Of a stretch of DNA of 64,000 nucleotides, positions 20,201 through 31,201 are shown one piece after another. The notes beneath the pieces were generated by a model. That model was not told the origin of the DNA, did not search any database, and saw only the letters and a list, made by a program, of their open reading frames with translations. A program made the position numbers and the translations under genes. Origin of the DNA: an uncultured delta proteobacterium. GTDB lineage: Bacteria; Desulfobacterota; BSN033; UBA1163. The DNA is taken from assembly GCA_963827685.1 (NCBI GenBank), contig CAWHBU010000005.1, positions 256,001-320,000 on the forward strand, read 5' to 3'. How positions within the stretch are numbered: the stretch's first letter is position 1; each line of letters begins with the position of its first letter.

Positions 20201-20794
20201 TTAATTGGGGGCGAGAGTGACGACCCGCTCCTTTGAGTCGATGGTCACATTGAAATTGGCTAAAAAGTCGCGGCCCAATAGACCATCGGCCTCCTTCAAG
20301 TCAGCATCATGGACGATGATAAGAAGCGGCCCCACCTTGGCTTCGCCCACCTCCAAGGAATTAACCCACACTGCGTCCGCATAGCTCATTCCGGTCACTC
20401 CCTTTATCACAGCGCGGGGCGCATTCTCAGTAGAAATACCAAGCCTCTGTAGGGCTGCCGGCGCAACCAGTGTACGGTCAGAACCGGTGTCAAGAACCAG
20501 GGTGATGGGCCCAGCGCCATTGATCCTGGCACTGACCAGAACAGGGAAACCAGGGGTGAATGGAATCTTGGTGAGCCCCCTTGGGGATGGGCTTCGTTCC
20601 AGTTCCGGAGGCGCAGGAGGAGACGTGGGGAGAGGAAGTAATAGAGCTCTAGAACGGTAAGGCTCGGGAATACTCTCAAGCCTCGTCGTGTAGTACTGGG
20701 TGCCCTGGTCATCAACCCAGTAGTAGACATCTGCCAAGGCCGGCCCGTGAAGAAGCATGCAGATTAGGATTAACGCTATCGTCCACCTACGCAT
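20201..20794 (-). CDS. Exported DUF4124 + retropepsin-like aspartyl protease
   Basis: Signal peptide, YYWVDDQG, LDTGS, GLLGRDFL. Confidence 0.85.
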   Translation of the reverse strand: MRRWTIALILICMLLHGPALADVYYWVDDQGTQYYTTRLESIPEPYRSRALLLPLPTSPPAPPELERSPSPRGLTKIPFTPGFPVLVSARINGAGPITLVLDTGSDRTLVAPAALQRLGISTENAPRAVIKGVTGMSYADAVWVNSLEVGEAKVGPLLIIVHDADLKEADGLLGRDFLANFNVTIDSKERVVTLAPN

Positions 20795-20880
20795 GGTACC
20801 TTCATTCTAAACCCACCCGGCTGCCATAATCAAATTATTTGCGAGTGTGCATCGTCTCCTTAAACTCACAGACCTAAAAT

Positions 20881-21280
20881 CTATTTTATGAAAAGCCAAA
20901 AACCGTTCGCAAAATAGACGATGCCAATAGCACCCGTGATGAGGCCGAGTACCCAAACGGGTTTTTTCTTCATCATATCTCTTTATATTCTTCGAATAAT
21001 ATTCAATCCTTTTCTCATATTCCTCAACCACCGGCTTCGGGACTCTGGATCCCATCGCCTTAAGTTCCAATTCCAATTTCTCCTTCTGTAATTCATAGAG
21101 ATATCCCTTAATGCTTTTAGCCTGATAGTAAGCCCACTGATTTGCTGCATGGAATTGGTTCAACACTGAGCGTGTTGAAAACCCTCCCCCTTTGAATGTT
21201 GACAATGTGGCACATACCGCAAATATCACCGTTGTAAGCGCAAGATAGTTTAACCACGGTTCCTTCTTCCCTTCTGCCAT
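20881..21280 (-). pseudogene. DUF4337-like membrane protein with an internal deletion
   Basis: NQWAYYQAKSIK; after EEK the sequence jumps out of frame to the C-terminal KKPVWVLGLITGAIGIVYFANGFWLFIK*. Confidence 0.6.
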
Positions 21281-21410
21281 AAGTTTCCTCCCTCATCATT
21301 GATGGTTAAAATGAAGAGTCATTAACACACGCTATTTCAAAACTCCACACCCTCTTGAGGTTATGAAAAGAGAACTGGCGTAGATTGTCCAGGCGGATAG
21401 CGGAATTGAA

Positions 21411-21812
21411 TTATAGGAAGCGGACTTTTTTGACTGCGGTGGTCACAGCAAAGACTCGAACATTGTTGCTCTTAGGATCCGCGGGAAAGAGAAAGAAGCC
21501 TGGTCGGCCTGGGTCATAGCCCAAAGTTGTCCCGACTAAAACTTCGCCATCTTTAAACGTCACTTCTATTTTTCGACCAGAGGGCTTATCTCCTTCGACA
21601 TATTCTTTTCGCTCATTGTATTCGAAATTCCCGACGAAATCCCGAACAAAGAAAACAGCCTTTAATTCCTTCAACAATATCTCGACCGTCTCGCCCGAGG
21701 ATTTGTCGGCTGGATAGATATGGAAACGATCCTTATTTGGGAAGAAATCCTGGCTTAAACCTTTGGCTACCCTCCCATCGATATATCGTGCAACTACTTT
21801 TAGAGTTTCCAT
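21411..21812 (-). CDS. Conserved hypothetical protein (DUF6982-like)
   Basis: LKAVFFVRDF, FKDGE, GFFLFPADPKSNN. Confidence 0.7.
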   Translation of the reverse strand: METLKVVARYIDGRVAKGLSQDFFPNKDRFHIYPADKSSGETVEILLKELKAVFFVRDFVGNFEYNERKEYVEGDKPSGRKIEVTFKDGEVLVGTTLGYDPGRPGFFLFPADPKSNNVRVFAVTTAVKKVRFL

Positions 21813-21898
21813 TCAACTCCCCATTAACAACGACTTATAAGTCTCTCAGTCCGTTCACCAGGGATGTGGCAGCTTACATCTCGTTTTGTCCATAAGGT

Positions 21899-21953
21899 GT
21901 GATCCCGAAATCGTAGACCCTGAAATAAATTCAGGGTCTGGTTCAGGATGACG
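21899..21953. repeat. REP-like element with a nested gaccctgaa/ttcagggtc hairpin
   Basis: gtgatcccgaaatcgtagaccctgaaataaattcagggtctggttcaggatgac. Confidence 0.5.
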
Positions 21954-22132
21954 GGGTCAATGAATTTCAAATACTTTCGGCTAGATTTTAATGAAATCAT
22001 ATTATTCCGGATCGAGGTGGAGGTCAAGGGAATTTTTTTGTAAAAAATCACATCGACCACACGTCATTTGAGGTATAATTGGTATTCATCAATGGCTTTA
22101 AGGAACAAAATGCCTTACGAGGTGACGAGGCG

Positions 22133-23059
22133 ATGGGGAAGAAGGTAATGATCGATTGTGATGTGGGGGTGGATGATGCGCTGGCTTTGATCTTGGCATT
22201 TCATTCACCTGAACTGGATGTAAAAGCTGTCACTGGAGTGAATGGGAATGTCCCATTAGAACAGGTTTTTGAAAACATCCAGAAAGTCCTCTCTCTGATT
22301 CAACCCAAAAGCAAACCGCTGATTGCCAAAGGAGCTAATCGACCTTTAAAAGGTAACACCGTTTACGCCCATTCTGTCCATGGGAAAGATGGATTGGGAG
22401 GGGCTAAAATAGATTGCGGAGGAGGAGAGGAAGCGTGGCAACTTTTCCCGGGCCGTGCAGAAGAGCTTATCACAAAGATGGCACGCCAGTATCCAGATGA
22501 AATGACTTTGATTGCAACAGCCCCCCTGACTAATTTGGCTTTGGCACTTCAAAGAGACAGAGAAGGAACGAGAAAACTGAAAGAAATTACAATCATGGGA
22601 GGAGCGGTTCGGACAGGGGGAAACATTACACCTCATGCTGAATTCAACATCTTTTCTGATCCCTCAGCCGCTAAAATAGTCCTGGAATCAGGGTTGCCAA
22701 TCACCTTGGTCCCACTCGACGTAACCCATCAGGTTTCTCTCACACCCCATTGGATGGAAGAAAGGGTGAAACCCATTAACAATGTATTTTCCAAATTCGT
22801 CATCGAGGCGACTGGGTATCACTCGACCACATATCAGTTTAGGAATATGGAACTCATCCATCTCCATGATCCTCTCGCAGTGGGGGTGGTGATTGATCCC
22901 ACATTGGTGAGCAAGGAGAGACTTTCGATTGATGTTGAAACGCAAGAGGGTGAGCATTACGGCAAAACCTCGGAAACGAAATCGGGTCCAAAAGTAGAAG
23001 TGTGTTTGGGAGTGAATGCAAAGGAGTTCTTGGAACTCTTTTTATCAAGGTTGGTATAA
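22133..23059 (+). CDS. Nucleoside hydrolase (IUNH family)
   Basis: DCDVGVDD, HGKDGLG, AEFNIFSDP, HDPLA. Confidence 0.92.
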   Translation: MGKKVMIDCDVGVDDALALILAFHSPELDVKAVTGVNGNVPLEQVFENIQKVLSLIQPKSKPLIAKGANRPLKGNTVYAHSVHGKDGLGGAKIDCGGGEEAWQLFPGRAEELITKMARQYPDEMTLIATAPLTNLALALQRDREGTRKLKEITIMGGAVRTGGNITPHAEFNIFSDPSAAKIVLESGLPITLVPLDVTHQVSLTPHWMEERVKPINNVFSKFVIEATGYHSTTYQFRNMELIHLHDPLAVGVVIDPTLVSKERLSIDVETQEGEHYGKTSETKSGPKVEVCLGVNAKEFLELFLSRLV

Positions 23060-23100
23060 ATTGAAATAAAGAGAGATAGGTTAACGTAGGCAGGCTAAGA

Positions 23101-24025
23101 ATGAAAAATAGGATTCTCATTCTTGGAAGTTCTAATGTTGATCTCATTCTCAGAATTCCCCGTTTCCATCATCCCGGGGAGACAATCGAGGGAGAGAACC
23201 TGGTGATTGTCTTTGGAGGGAAAGGGGCCAATCAAGCCATCGCCTCAAAACGTTTAGGTGGAAAAGTAATCTTCATGACCAAGTTGGGCAATGACCCTTA
23301 TGGAAAATCCTATCATCGTTACTTGGTCAAGAATGGGCTTCTCCAAAAGTATCTTCTCAAGGATAAAAAACTTCCGACAGGAATAGCTTTGATCGAATTG
23401 GTTCCCAAAGGAGAGAACAGGATTATTGTCTCTCCGGGGGCAAATGCCTCTCTTTCTGTAAAAGACTTAAAAAGACTCACCCCACTCTGGAAAGAAATCA
23501 AGGTCTTTGCGACCCAGTTCGAAATTCCTATCGAAACGGTTAGGATGGGATTGAAGATGGCAAAAAAACATGGTGCCATCACCCTTCTCAACCCCTCCCC
23601 TCCCTTTCGGCTCCCATCCAACATTCTTTCTCTGGTCGATTTTATCGTCCCCAATGAATGGGAGGCTCAGTCCCTGACAGGAATAAAATGGATGGGAAAT
23701 CGAGAAATTCCAAAAATGGCCAGAAGGTTGCTGGACCTGGGCGTAAAAAATGTAGCGATCACCTTGGGTCCAAAAGGCCTCTTTTTCAAAAACAGAAGTG
23801 AAGAATTTTGGATGAAGGCCTTCAAAGTGAATGTGATCGATACCACAGCTGCAGGAGATGCCTTTCTGGGAGCTCTTGCCAGTAGCCTTTCTGAAGACAA
23901 ACCGGTTCAAGAAGCTTTAAAATTTGCGAAGGGAGCCGGGGCCCCTTGCGACCACGAAATTGGGCGCTCAGCCCTCCCTTCCTTTGAGAAGAGAACTTGA
24001 TACCTTTCTCGAAAACTGTGTGTGA
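23101..24025 (+). CDS. rbsK: Ribokinase, with a 1-nt frameshift near 23943
   Basis: GGKGANQA, PNEWEA, DTTAAGDAF; removing one C restores ALATTKLGAQPSLP...*. Confidence 0.88.
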
Positions 24026-24197
24026 AAGGAACCAGACAGAAAATGCGCCGCACGGCGCAAAACGTAGAGCGGATCGCCTAAAAGATTTCATGCTCTTCGC
24101 CATGCCCTTGGGGCTTTGCGAATTTGAAGTTAGGGTTGACTTCTCCTGACGACTTCACTATGCTACTCATTAATCTCTCTACAGAAAGGAGTGCGTT

Positions 24198-24704
24198 ATG
24201 AACGAGGTGTTGAAAGCCATTAAAAGCCGAAGGACCATCCGGCGATTCAAGCCCAACCCAATCGATGCGGAGATGCTCCAGTTGATTCTTGAGGCGGGAA
24301 GGTGGGCTCCCTCTTTCAGCAATCTTCAGCCCTGGAAGTTTATCGTGATTAAAGAGCAAGGTCTAAAAAATGCCCTGGACAAGGCGGCCAGGGAAAGTGT
24401 GCTCCACTTGGGCATCCATGAAGCACCTGTGGTCATCCTGGTCTGCGTGGATCGTCGGATCGATCCCCTTCATGCGATCGAAGCCGGAGCAGCTGCCACG
24501 CAGAATATGACCCTGGCAGCGCACAGCTTGGGCTTGGGAGCTGGTTGGATTGGAATTTGGGGAACAGAGACCGAGGCTTCTATCCAGAAACTTCTTAAAC
24601 TTCCAGAGACAGTCCGAGCCGTTTCTTTACTTCCTATTGGCATCGCAGACGAGACCCCAGAAGGACACCGGAAGCCAATCGAGGAATTTACACAATTTCG
24701 ATAA
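24198..24704 (+). CDS. Nitroreductase family protein
   Basis: RRTIRRF, APSFSNLQPWKF, AAHSLGLGAGWIG. Confidence 0.9.
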   Translation: MNEVLKAIKSRRTIRRFKPNPIDAEMLQLILEAGRWAPSFSNLQPWKFIVIKEQGLKNALDKAARESVLHLGIHEAPVVILVCVDRRIDPLHAIEAGAAATQNMTLAAHSLGLGAGWIGIWGTETEASIQKLLKLPETVRAVSLLPIGIADETPEGHRKPIEEFTQFR

Positions 24705-24812
24705 GATTTTGGTTACCCCATTGATCCATGGGAAACAGAATCTTATGGCCTGCGGTGATCTGCGAAAGAATCCCTTTCATTTCTCATCTGAAAAAATCTC
24801 ATCTGAAAAAAC

Positions 24813-24866
24813 TTGACAGAGACTTGGAAAGGAATATAATATGAAACACCATTTCGCAATGCGGAA
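24813..24866 (+). promoter_or_regulatory. Sigma70 promoter plus probable IclR operator
   Basis: TTGACA (24813)-16 nt-TATAAT (24835); palindrome TTTCGCAATGCGGAA at 24852-24866; a 15-bp direct repeat tctcatctgaaaaaa x2 lies just upstream. Confidence 0.7.
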
Positions 24867-24872
24867 CACTAA

Positions 24873-25676
24873 ATGGCTTCAGAACGTAGCCTCAAGCCCA
24901 AGAACTTAGTCCAAACAATCGAAAGGGCTTCTTCTATTCTTGATATCCTCGGGCAAAGTCCTCAAGGAATTAGCATCCGTGAATTGTCTACCAAAATCAA
25001 GCTTCCCAAAGGGACGACCCATCGTCTTCTCTCTTCCCTCTCCTACTTGGGTTATGTCCGCCAGGATACGAAAGCGAGAAACTACTTTTTGGGATTCAAG
25101 TTGGTTGAACTCGGGAATCTGCTGCTCAGCCAACTCGATCTCAGAAAAGAGGCAGAACCATTTCTGAGAGACCTTGCAGAGAGAACCCGGGAGACAGTCC
25201 ATTTGGTTTTCCTCGATCGGAATGAGATTGTCTATATTGACAAGGTTGAAACAGATCAAAATTCAAGCGGCCTGAGGATGGCCTCCCGAGTGGGCTTGCG
25301 AAATCCAGCTCACAGCTGTGCCGTGGGAAAAGTCCTACTTTCTTATCTTTCCGAGGAAGAATTGAAGCACTTCATCAAAGAAAAAGGCCTTGGGAAAAGA
25401 ACTGAAAATACGATCATCGATCCTGCCCAACTAAGAGAGCATTTGAAAAATGTCCGGGCCCAGGGATATGCCATCGACGACGAAGAGAATGAAAAGGGAA
25501 TTCGATGTGTCGCCGCTCCCATTCACAATGAGGGGGGTAAAGTAGTCGCCGCCATCAGCATTTCCGGTCCTGCCTTTCGGGTGACCAAAAAAACAATTCA
25601 CGAAAGACTGAAGAAGGAGTTGATAGAAACAGCCCTAAAAATTGCTCAGAGGTTGGGTTTTCGAGAAGGGAAATGA
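24873..25676 (+). CDS. IclR family transcriptional regulator (KdgR-like)
   Basis: HTH LPKGTTHRLL; HSCAVGKVLL; GYAIDDEE...CVAAPI. Confidence 0.93.
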   Translation: MASERSLKPKNLVQTIERASSILDILGQSPQGISIRELSTKIKLPKGTTHRLLSSLSYLGYVRQDTKARNYFLGFKLVELGNLLLSQLDLRKEAEPFLRDLAERTRETVHLVFLDRNEIVYIDKVETDQNSSGLRMASRVGLRNPAHSCAVGKVLLSYLSEEELKHFIKEKGLGKRTENTIIDPAQLREHLKNVRAQGYAIDDEENEKGIRCVAAPIHNEGGKVVAAISISGPAFRVTKKTIHERLKKELIETALKIAQRLGFREGK

Positions 25677-25806
25677 TTTTGAGTTATGAGGAAAGGCCCC
25701 AGGGCAAAAATGAAACATTTTTTCGACCAATAAAGGACTTCTGACGCTAGGCTCTATGCCTGCCGGCAAGCAGGCGCTTAGCCATAATGGATAAGGAGGA
25801 GATAAG

Positions 25807-26271
25807 ATGAATAGAGATGAGATAGTCGTTGGGATTGTAATCTTCCTTTTCGGAGTGATAACCACTTTCCTCTCTCTAAGAATGCCCATCGGAACCTTCC
25901 GAATAGGAGGACCTGGGCTGTTTCCTCTCTGTCTGGGAATAATCCTGATGATCTTATCAGGCGCCTTCATTTTAAAAATTTTCTTTCAGGGTAAGGAAGA
26001 ACACGTAAAAAAAGAAACCTCCATCGAATCTTCAGAGTCTCCAATACAATTGATCCTCTTTCTGGGAGCAATGGCTTTAGCTACCCTGTTTTTCAATCGA
26101 TTGGGATATCCGCTCATTTCTTTCCTTCTGATGTTGGGTCTCTTGAGAATCTTAGGGATGAAACGGTGGGGTCTAAACATTCTGATATCGGTGGTGACGG
26201 CTGTTGGTTCCTATTTTCTATTCGTGAAGTGGCTTGACATCCCTATGCCAAAAGGATGGATAGGAATCTGA
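25807..26271 (+). CDS. tctB: Tripartite tricarboxylate transporter small subunit
   Basis: GPGLFP, 4 TM segments, LDIPMPKG. Confidence 0.85.
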   Translation: MNRDEIVVGIVIFLFGVITTFLSLRMPIGTFRIGGPGLFPLCLGIILMILSGAFILKIFFQGKEEHVKKETSIESSESPIQLILFLGAMALATLFFNRLGYPLISFLLMLGLLRILGMKRWGLNILISVVTAVGSYFLFVKWLDIPMPKGWIGI

Positions 26272-26284
26272 AAGGAGACCAACT

Positions 26285-27796
26285 ATGTTTGAATCACTCC
26301 AACATCTAATCAATGGTTTTGTAATCGCCGGAACGTTCCAAAACCTTCTTTATTGTCTGATCGGTTGCATCGTAGGAACTATCATCGGTGTGCTCCCTGG
26401 AATCGGACCGATCGCTGGGATCGCCCTTCTTATACCTGCAACATTTGGCCTTAATGCCACTTCTGCCATCATTATGCTTGCTGGAATCTACTACGGAGCA
26501 ATGTATGGAGGCTCTACCACCTCCATCCTCCTCAATGTACCTGGGGAAACTGCTTCTGTTATCACCTGTATTGATGGTTATAAAATGGCACAAAAAGGGA
26601 GGGCAGGCCCTGCTCTGGCCATCTGTGCCATTGGCTCTTTCGTTGCAGGGACTCTTGCAATTTTTGGAATGGTCTTTTTGGCCCCGCCATTAGCAGAGGC
26701 AGCATTGGCCTTTGGCCCTCCTGAATATTTTTCCTTAATGGTCTTTGGCTTTATTGTCTTGAGCAATGTGACGGGCAAATCATTCCTCAAATCTCTCATG
26801 ATGGCACTCGTTGGTCTGATCATCGGAACGATCGGACTCGATCCTGTTTCTGGAGATGCCCGTTTTACCTTTGGCTCAGTCCCACTGCTCAGTGGAATTG
26901 AATTTGTTGCTGTCGCTATCGGGGTCTTCGGAATTGGAGAAGTCTTGGTCAATGTCAATCAACCTTCAGAGCTGCTGGACCAAGGAGTTATCATGCCAGG
27001 CCTGAGGGAACTTTATCCCTCTCTTCAAGATTTAAAGAAATCGGTTGGGGCAATTCTGAGGGGGACGGTATCTGGATTTGGCATAGGTTTGGTCCCCGGA
27101 CCAGCACCGGTCATTGCTACTTACGCTTCTTATATGATCGAGAGAAAGGTTTCTAAACACCCTGAGGAGTTTGGTCAGGGAGCAATTGAAGGAGTGGCTG
27201 GCCCTGAGTCTGCCAATAACTCGGCCTGCCAAGCTGCCTTCATCCCTCTCTTCGTCCTTGGAATTCCTTTCGCTCCTCCAACGGCTATTCTTCTTGGTGC
27301 CCTTCTCATCCATGGAGTCAATCCAGGACCACTAATGATCAGTCAGCATGCAGGACTCTTTTGGGGAGTCATCGCCAGCATGTATATCGGCAACTTTATG
27401 CTTCTCATCCTCAACCTTCCCCTCGTCCCTCTCTTTGCCAACATACTCAGAATCCCCAAGAGGATCCTTTTACCCCTCATCATCCTTTTTTGCATCACAG
27501 GGATGTACACCGTGAATAATTCCGTTTTCGACATCTGGATGATGCTTCTCTTCGGAGCCATGGGATTTCTGATGAGAAAGTGGGCTTACGAAGGTGCACC
27601 GCTTCTCTTGGCATTGGTCCTCGGACCGAAATTGGAGGTGGCCTTCCGTCAAGCGTTGATGATCTCTCATGGCGATTTTGGAGTCTTTATCAATCGGCCC
27701 ATCTCAATGGTCTTTTTGCTTGCAACCATTCTCTTCTTGATAGGTCCGTTGATTTGGCTGATGTTAAAAAAAATAAGGAAAGGAGGGATAGTTTAG
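26285..27796 (+). CDS. tctA: Tripartite tricarboxylate transporter permease
   Basis: GVLPGIG, YGGSTTSILLNVPG, GPESANN. Confidence 0.93.
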   Translation: MFESLQHLINGFVIAGTFQNLLYCLIGCIVGTIIGVLPGIGPIAGIALLIPATFGLNATSAIIMLAGIYYGAMYGGSTTSILLNVPGETASVITCIDGYKMAQKGRAGPALAICAIGSFVAGTLAIFGMVFLAPPLAEAALAFGPPEYFSLMVFGFIVLSNVTGKSFLKSLMMALVGLIIGTIGLDPVSGDARFTFGSVPLLSGIEFVAVAIGVFGIGEVLVNVNQPSELLDQGVIMPGLRELYPSLQDLKKSVGAILRGTVSGFGIGLVPGPAPVIATYASYMIERKVSKHPEEFGQGAIEGVAGPESANNSACQAAFIPLFVLGIPFAPPTAILLGALLIHGVNPGPLMISQHAGLFWGVIASMYIGNFMLLILNLPLVPLFANILRIPKRILLPLIILFCITGMYTVNNSVFDIWMMLLFGAMGFLMRKWAYEGAPLLLALVLGPKLEVAFRQALMISHGDFGVFINRPISMVFLLATILFLIGPLIWLMLKKIRKGGIV

Positions 27797-27895
27797 ATTG
27801 CGGAGTGTAGGATACAGAATGCGGGTTTAAGTTTAGAGTCCGGAGTGAAGAAGTTTAGGCTTTGAGATTTGAGTTTAAAGCGAAAGGAGGTCGTC

Positions 27896-28843
27896 ATGGT
27901 AAAAAGAATTTTTGGTATTCTATTCGTATTATCTCTCATCGCAGCCATACCTATTCATGCAGCGGATTTTCCGACGAAGGAGGTACAGATCATTATTCCC
28001 TGGGCAGCCGGCGGGGCAACGGACCTGATCTTCAGGGCCTTGGCTGCAACGACTGGAAAATATCTTGGAAAGGCTGTAGTCGTTGTCAACCGACCAGGCG
28101 GTGCGGGAGCTGTGGGATACACGGAAGCCGCACAGACCAAACCGGATGGCTATACGCTGGTTTCTGCGATCACGCCTCTCACCATACTTCCGCATCAAGT
28201 GACCACTGCCTTCACCTATAAAAGTTTTGACCCCGTTATCAATGTGGTGAGCGACCCAGGCATGTTTTTGGTGAAATCGGATGCCCCATGGAAGAGTCTC
28301 AAGGAGTTTTTAGATTATGCTAAAAAGAACCCTGACATGATCACAGTGGGGAACTCAGGTGCGGGCGGAGGAGTCCATCTGATTGCCCTTGCGTTTGAAA
28401 AAGCAGCCGGCGTGAAATTCAACCATATTCCTTTTGCAGGCGGAGGTCCGTCTGTAACCGCCCTTCTTGGAGGCCATATCAATACTGTCACAGTCTCTCC
28501 ACCCGAAGGAATCGAGCATGTGAAAGCAGGAAAGTTGAAGATCATTGCCCTCTTTTCAGAAAAGAGGTTCGAGCTTTTCCCTGATGTCCCAACCGTGAAG
28601 GAACAGGGTATCGATTTTGTCATGGGGCAATGGCGGGGATTAGCCGCACCTAAGGGCACTCCACCTGATGTGATTAAGAGACTTCATGATGCCTTCAAAC
28701 AGGGAATGGATGATCCGGTGTTCAGAAGAAATGCAAAGGACATGGTTGTAAATCTCTCCTATCTTGCCCCAGAGGCTTTTGGAAAACTGATGGCTCGTGA
28801 CGATGAGTTTTATGGCAAACTGGTCAAGGAGATCAGAAAATAA
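27896..28843 (+). CDS. tctC: Tripartite tricarboxylate transporter substrate-binding protein (Bug/TctC)
   Basis: PWAAGGATD, NRPGGAG, PDGYT, PDVPT; SD GGAGG upstream of ATG 27896. Confidence 0.92.
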   Translation: MVKRIFGILFVLSLIAAIPIHAADFPTKEVQIIIPWAAGGATDLIFRALAATTGKYLGKAVVVVNRPGGAGAVGYTEAAQTKPDGYTLVSAITPLTILPHQVTTAFTYKSFDPVINVVSDPGMFLVKSDAPWKSLKEFLDYAKKNPDMITVGNSGAGGGVHLIALAFEKAAGVKFNHIPFAGGGPSVTALLGGHINTVTVSPPEGIEHVKAGKLKIIALFSEKRFELFPDVPTVKEQGIDFVMGQWRGLAAPKGTPPDVIKRLHDAFKQGMDDPVFRRNAKDMVVNLSYLAPEAFGKLMARDDEFYGKLVKEIRK

Positions 28844-28869
28844 TTTAAATTAGAAAGGAGGGTAAAATA

Positions 28870-29875
28870 ATGAAAACTGCAAAGTTAGGATTCATTCTGT
28901 CAATTTTTGCTCTTTCATGTTTCCTCTTCGCCTGTGCGGAGACAGCTCCCACAGTCAAACCCACCGCCCAAGCCGGGAAGAAAACGACCATCCGTATTGG
29001 AAGTCCGTTTAAATCGGGTACTATTGTGGTTGATGCGGCGGAAAAGTTCAAGGAGCTGGTGGAGAAGGGGAGCGGAGGCCGGATCGAGGTGAAGATTGAC
29101 GCCGGCACCAAGGCGGAAATTGAAATCAATAAGATGAACAGGGCCGGCGAACTCGAAATGCAGTCTAATGGGACGAATTTCCTGCAGGCTCTACGCCCCC
29201 CCGTACTACTTCTTCACTAATCCCTACGTCATGAAGGACTTCGATCACTACATGCGCGCCTGGAACGGTAAGCTCGGCCAGGCGGCGCGGGCCCAGTTAG
29301 AGAAGAACGATCTGAAGTACCTGGGGACCATCTACCGGGGACTGCGGCAGATGACGACTAAGAAGCCGGTCTACACACCGGCGGACGTGTATAACATGAA
29401 GCTCCGGCTGCCGCCCATCCCCACTTGGATGGCTGTCTGGAAGGCCATGGGTACGGACCCTGTTGCCGTCCCGCTGCCCGAGCTCTACAATTCACTTAAG
29501 ACGGGTAAGACCGAATCCTCGGAGGGCGACCTGCCGCAGATTGCCGGCTTCAAGCTTTACGAGGTCCAAAGCCATTTGATTATCACCAATCACCTTGTGC
29601 AGACTGCGGGAATCCTGATCAACAAGCCCTTCTTCGACAAGCTATCCAAGGCGGACCAGGACCTCATCGTCAAGGCCGGCAAGGAGGCGGAGGAATGGGC
29701 CAACAACAAGATCAAGACCGGCGAGGCGGCCATCCTGGTGGATCTCCAACGAAAGGGCATGCAGGTGGTGATCCCGGACGCCGAGTCCTTCCGGGCGAAG
29801 GCCAAGGACGCTGTCAACGAGCTGTTCAAGACCCAATGGTCGGTCACGACATGGGCTGAAGTGCTGGCTCAATAG
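28870..29875 (+). CDS. dctP: TRAP transporter substrate-binding lipoprotein DctP, with a 1-nt frameshift near 29188
   Basis: Lipobox FACA; SGGRIEV; GLRQMT; KLRLP; FKLYEVQ. Confidence 0.8.
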
Positions 29876-30021
29876 GTTTCACCCCCTACCCTCCCCTCCA
29901 CCATCAAGCCTACCTTCGGCAGGCAGGAGAGGGAGGAATCCTTAAGTGTATTTATCAGGCTCCCTCTCTCCCCTTGCTGGGAGAGGCATCGGGTGAGGGG
30001 GGCTAAATGTAAGGAGAAATA

Positions 30022-31128
30022 ATGGCGCTCGTAGATGAAATCAGAGAAAAAGAGAGAAGGGTTAGGACATTTCTTCAGTCGAGGGGCCTCAAGGCTTTAC
30101 TTCTCAAACGGCAGGCTAACTTTTCGTGGATGACGGCGGGTGGTCTCAATCTGGTAGGCATTGCCACAGAGATGGGGGCCACTTCCCTTCTCATTACTGA
30201 AAATTCAAAATTTGTGATCTCGAATAACATCGAAGCCCCTCGTATGATCGAAGAGGAGGGTTTGGAGGAACAGGGGTTCATCATCAAAACATTTCCCTGG
30301 TATGAAGATCAGGAAGTCTCCGTTATCAGAGAGCTCGTTGGAGAAAGTCCCTTCGGAAGTGATGTTCCATTTCAAAATGCAATGGTGGTCGCCGAGGATG
30401 TGGCGAAGCTCCGATACTCACTGACACCAGAGGAGCAGGAAAGATATCGGTGGTTAGGAGAAAAGGTCTCCTTGGCGCTGGAAAAAACGCTGATGAAAAC
30501 GAAAAAAGGAGAAAAGGAATCGGAGGTGGTGGGAAGACTCTGCTCTGAAATCTGGAAAGATCGAATTGACCCCATCACCTTGATGGGTGCTGCAGATGAT
30601 CGTGTTGCCAATTTCCGCCATCCCATTCCCACTGAAAAAAAGATTAAGAAATATCTTATGGTCTCTATCTGTGCTCGAAAGTGGGGGCTCATCGTTTCCC
30701 TCACCCGTTTCGTTTACTTCGGAAGATTACCCAAAGAACTGAGAAAAAAGTACGAAGCCAATGTCTTTATCGACTGCACCTTCATGGCCCATACCCGTCC
30801 GGGAGTTCTTGCCAGGGAGGTTTTTCAAAAAGGGATCGATGCCTATCAAGAAAAAGGATATCCAGACGAATGGAAACTTCACCACCAAGGTGGTTCGATC
30901 GGTTATACGGGTAGGGATTACAGGGCAAACCTTAAATCGCCTGATGTCATCCAAGAAAATCAGGCTTTCACCTGGAACCCATCGATCACCGGGACGAAAT
31001 CAGAGGATACCATCCTTACCACCTCGAAGGGGCTGGAGATGATCACGCGTCCCATCCGCTACCCTACCCTTTCATTGGAAGTGGGGAATATCCCATTTAT
31101 CCGGCCGGCGATCTTGGAGAAAAAATGA
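30022..31128 (+). CDS. M24 family metallopeptidase (Xaa-Pro-like)
   Basis: Creatinase N-domain NFSWMTAG; FRHP; HHQGG; AFTWNPSITGTKSEDT. Confidence 0.85.
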   Translation: MALVDEIREKERRVRTFLQSRGLKALLLKRQANFSWMTAGGLNLVGIATEMGATSLLITENSKFVISNNIEAPRMIEEEGLEEQGFIIKTFPWYEDQEVSVIRELVGESPFGSDVPFQNAMVVAEDVAKLRYSLTPEEQERYRWLGEKVSLALEKTLMKTKKGEKESEVVGRLCSEIWKDRIDPITLMGAADDRVANFRHPIPTEKKIKKYLMVSICARKWGLIVSLTRFVYFGRLPKELRKKYEANVFIDCTFMAHTRPGVLAREVFQKGIDAYQEKGYPDEWKLHHQGGSIGYTGRDYRANLKSPDVIQENQAFTWNPSITGTKSEDTILTTSKGLEMITRPIRYPTLSLEVGNIPFIRPAILEKK

Positions 31129-31201
31129 GATGATTCTTATTGGGAGTTTAGAGTTAAGAATTCGAAATTGGAAATTCAATTGAAGGGCGCGGGAATTGAT
31201 T

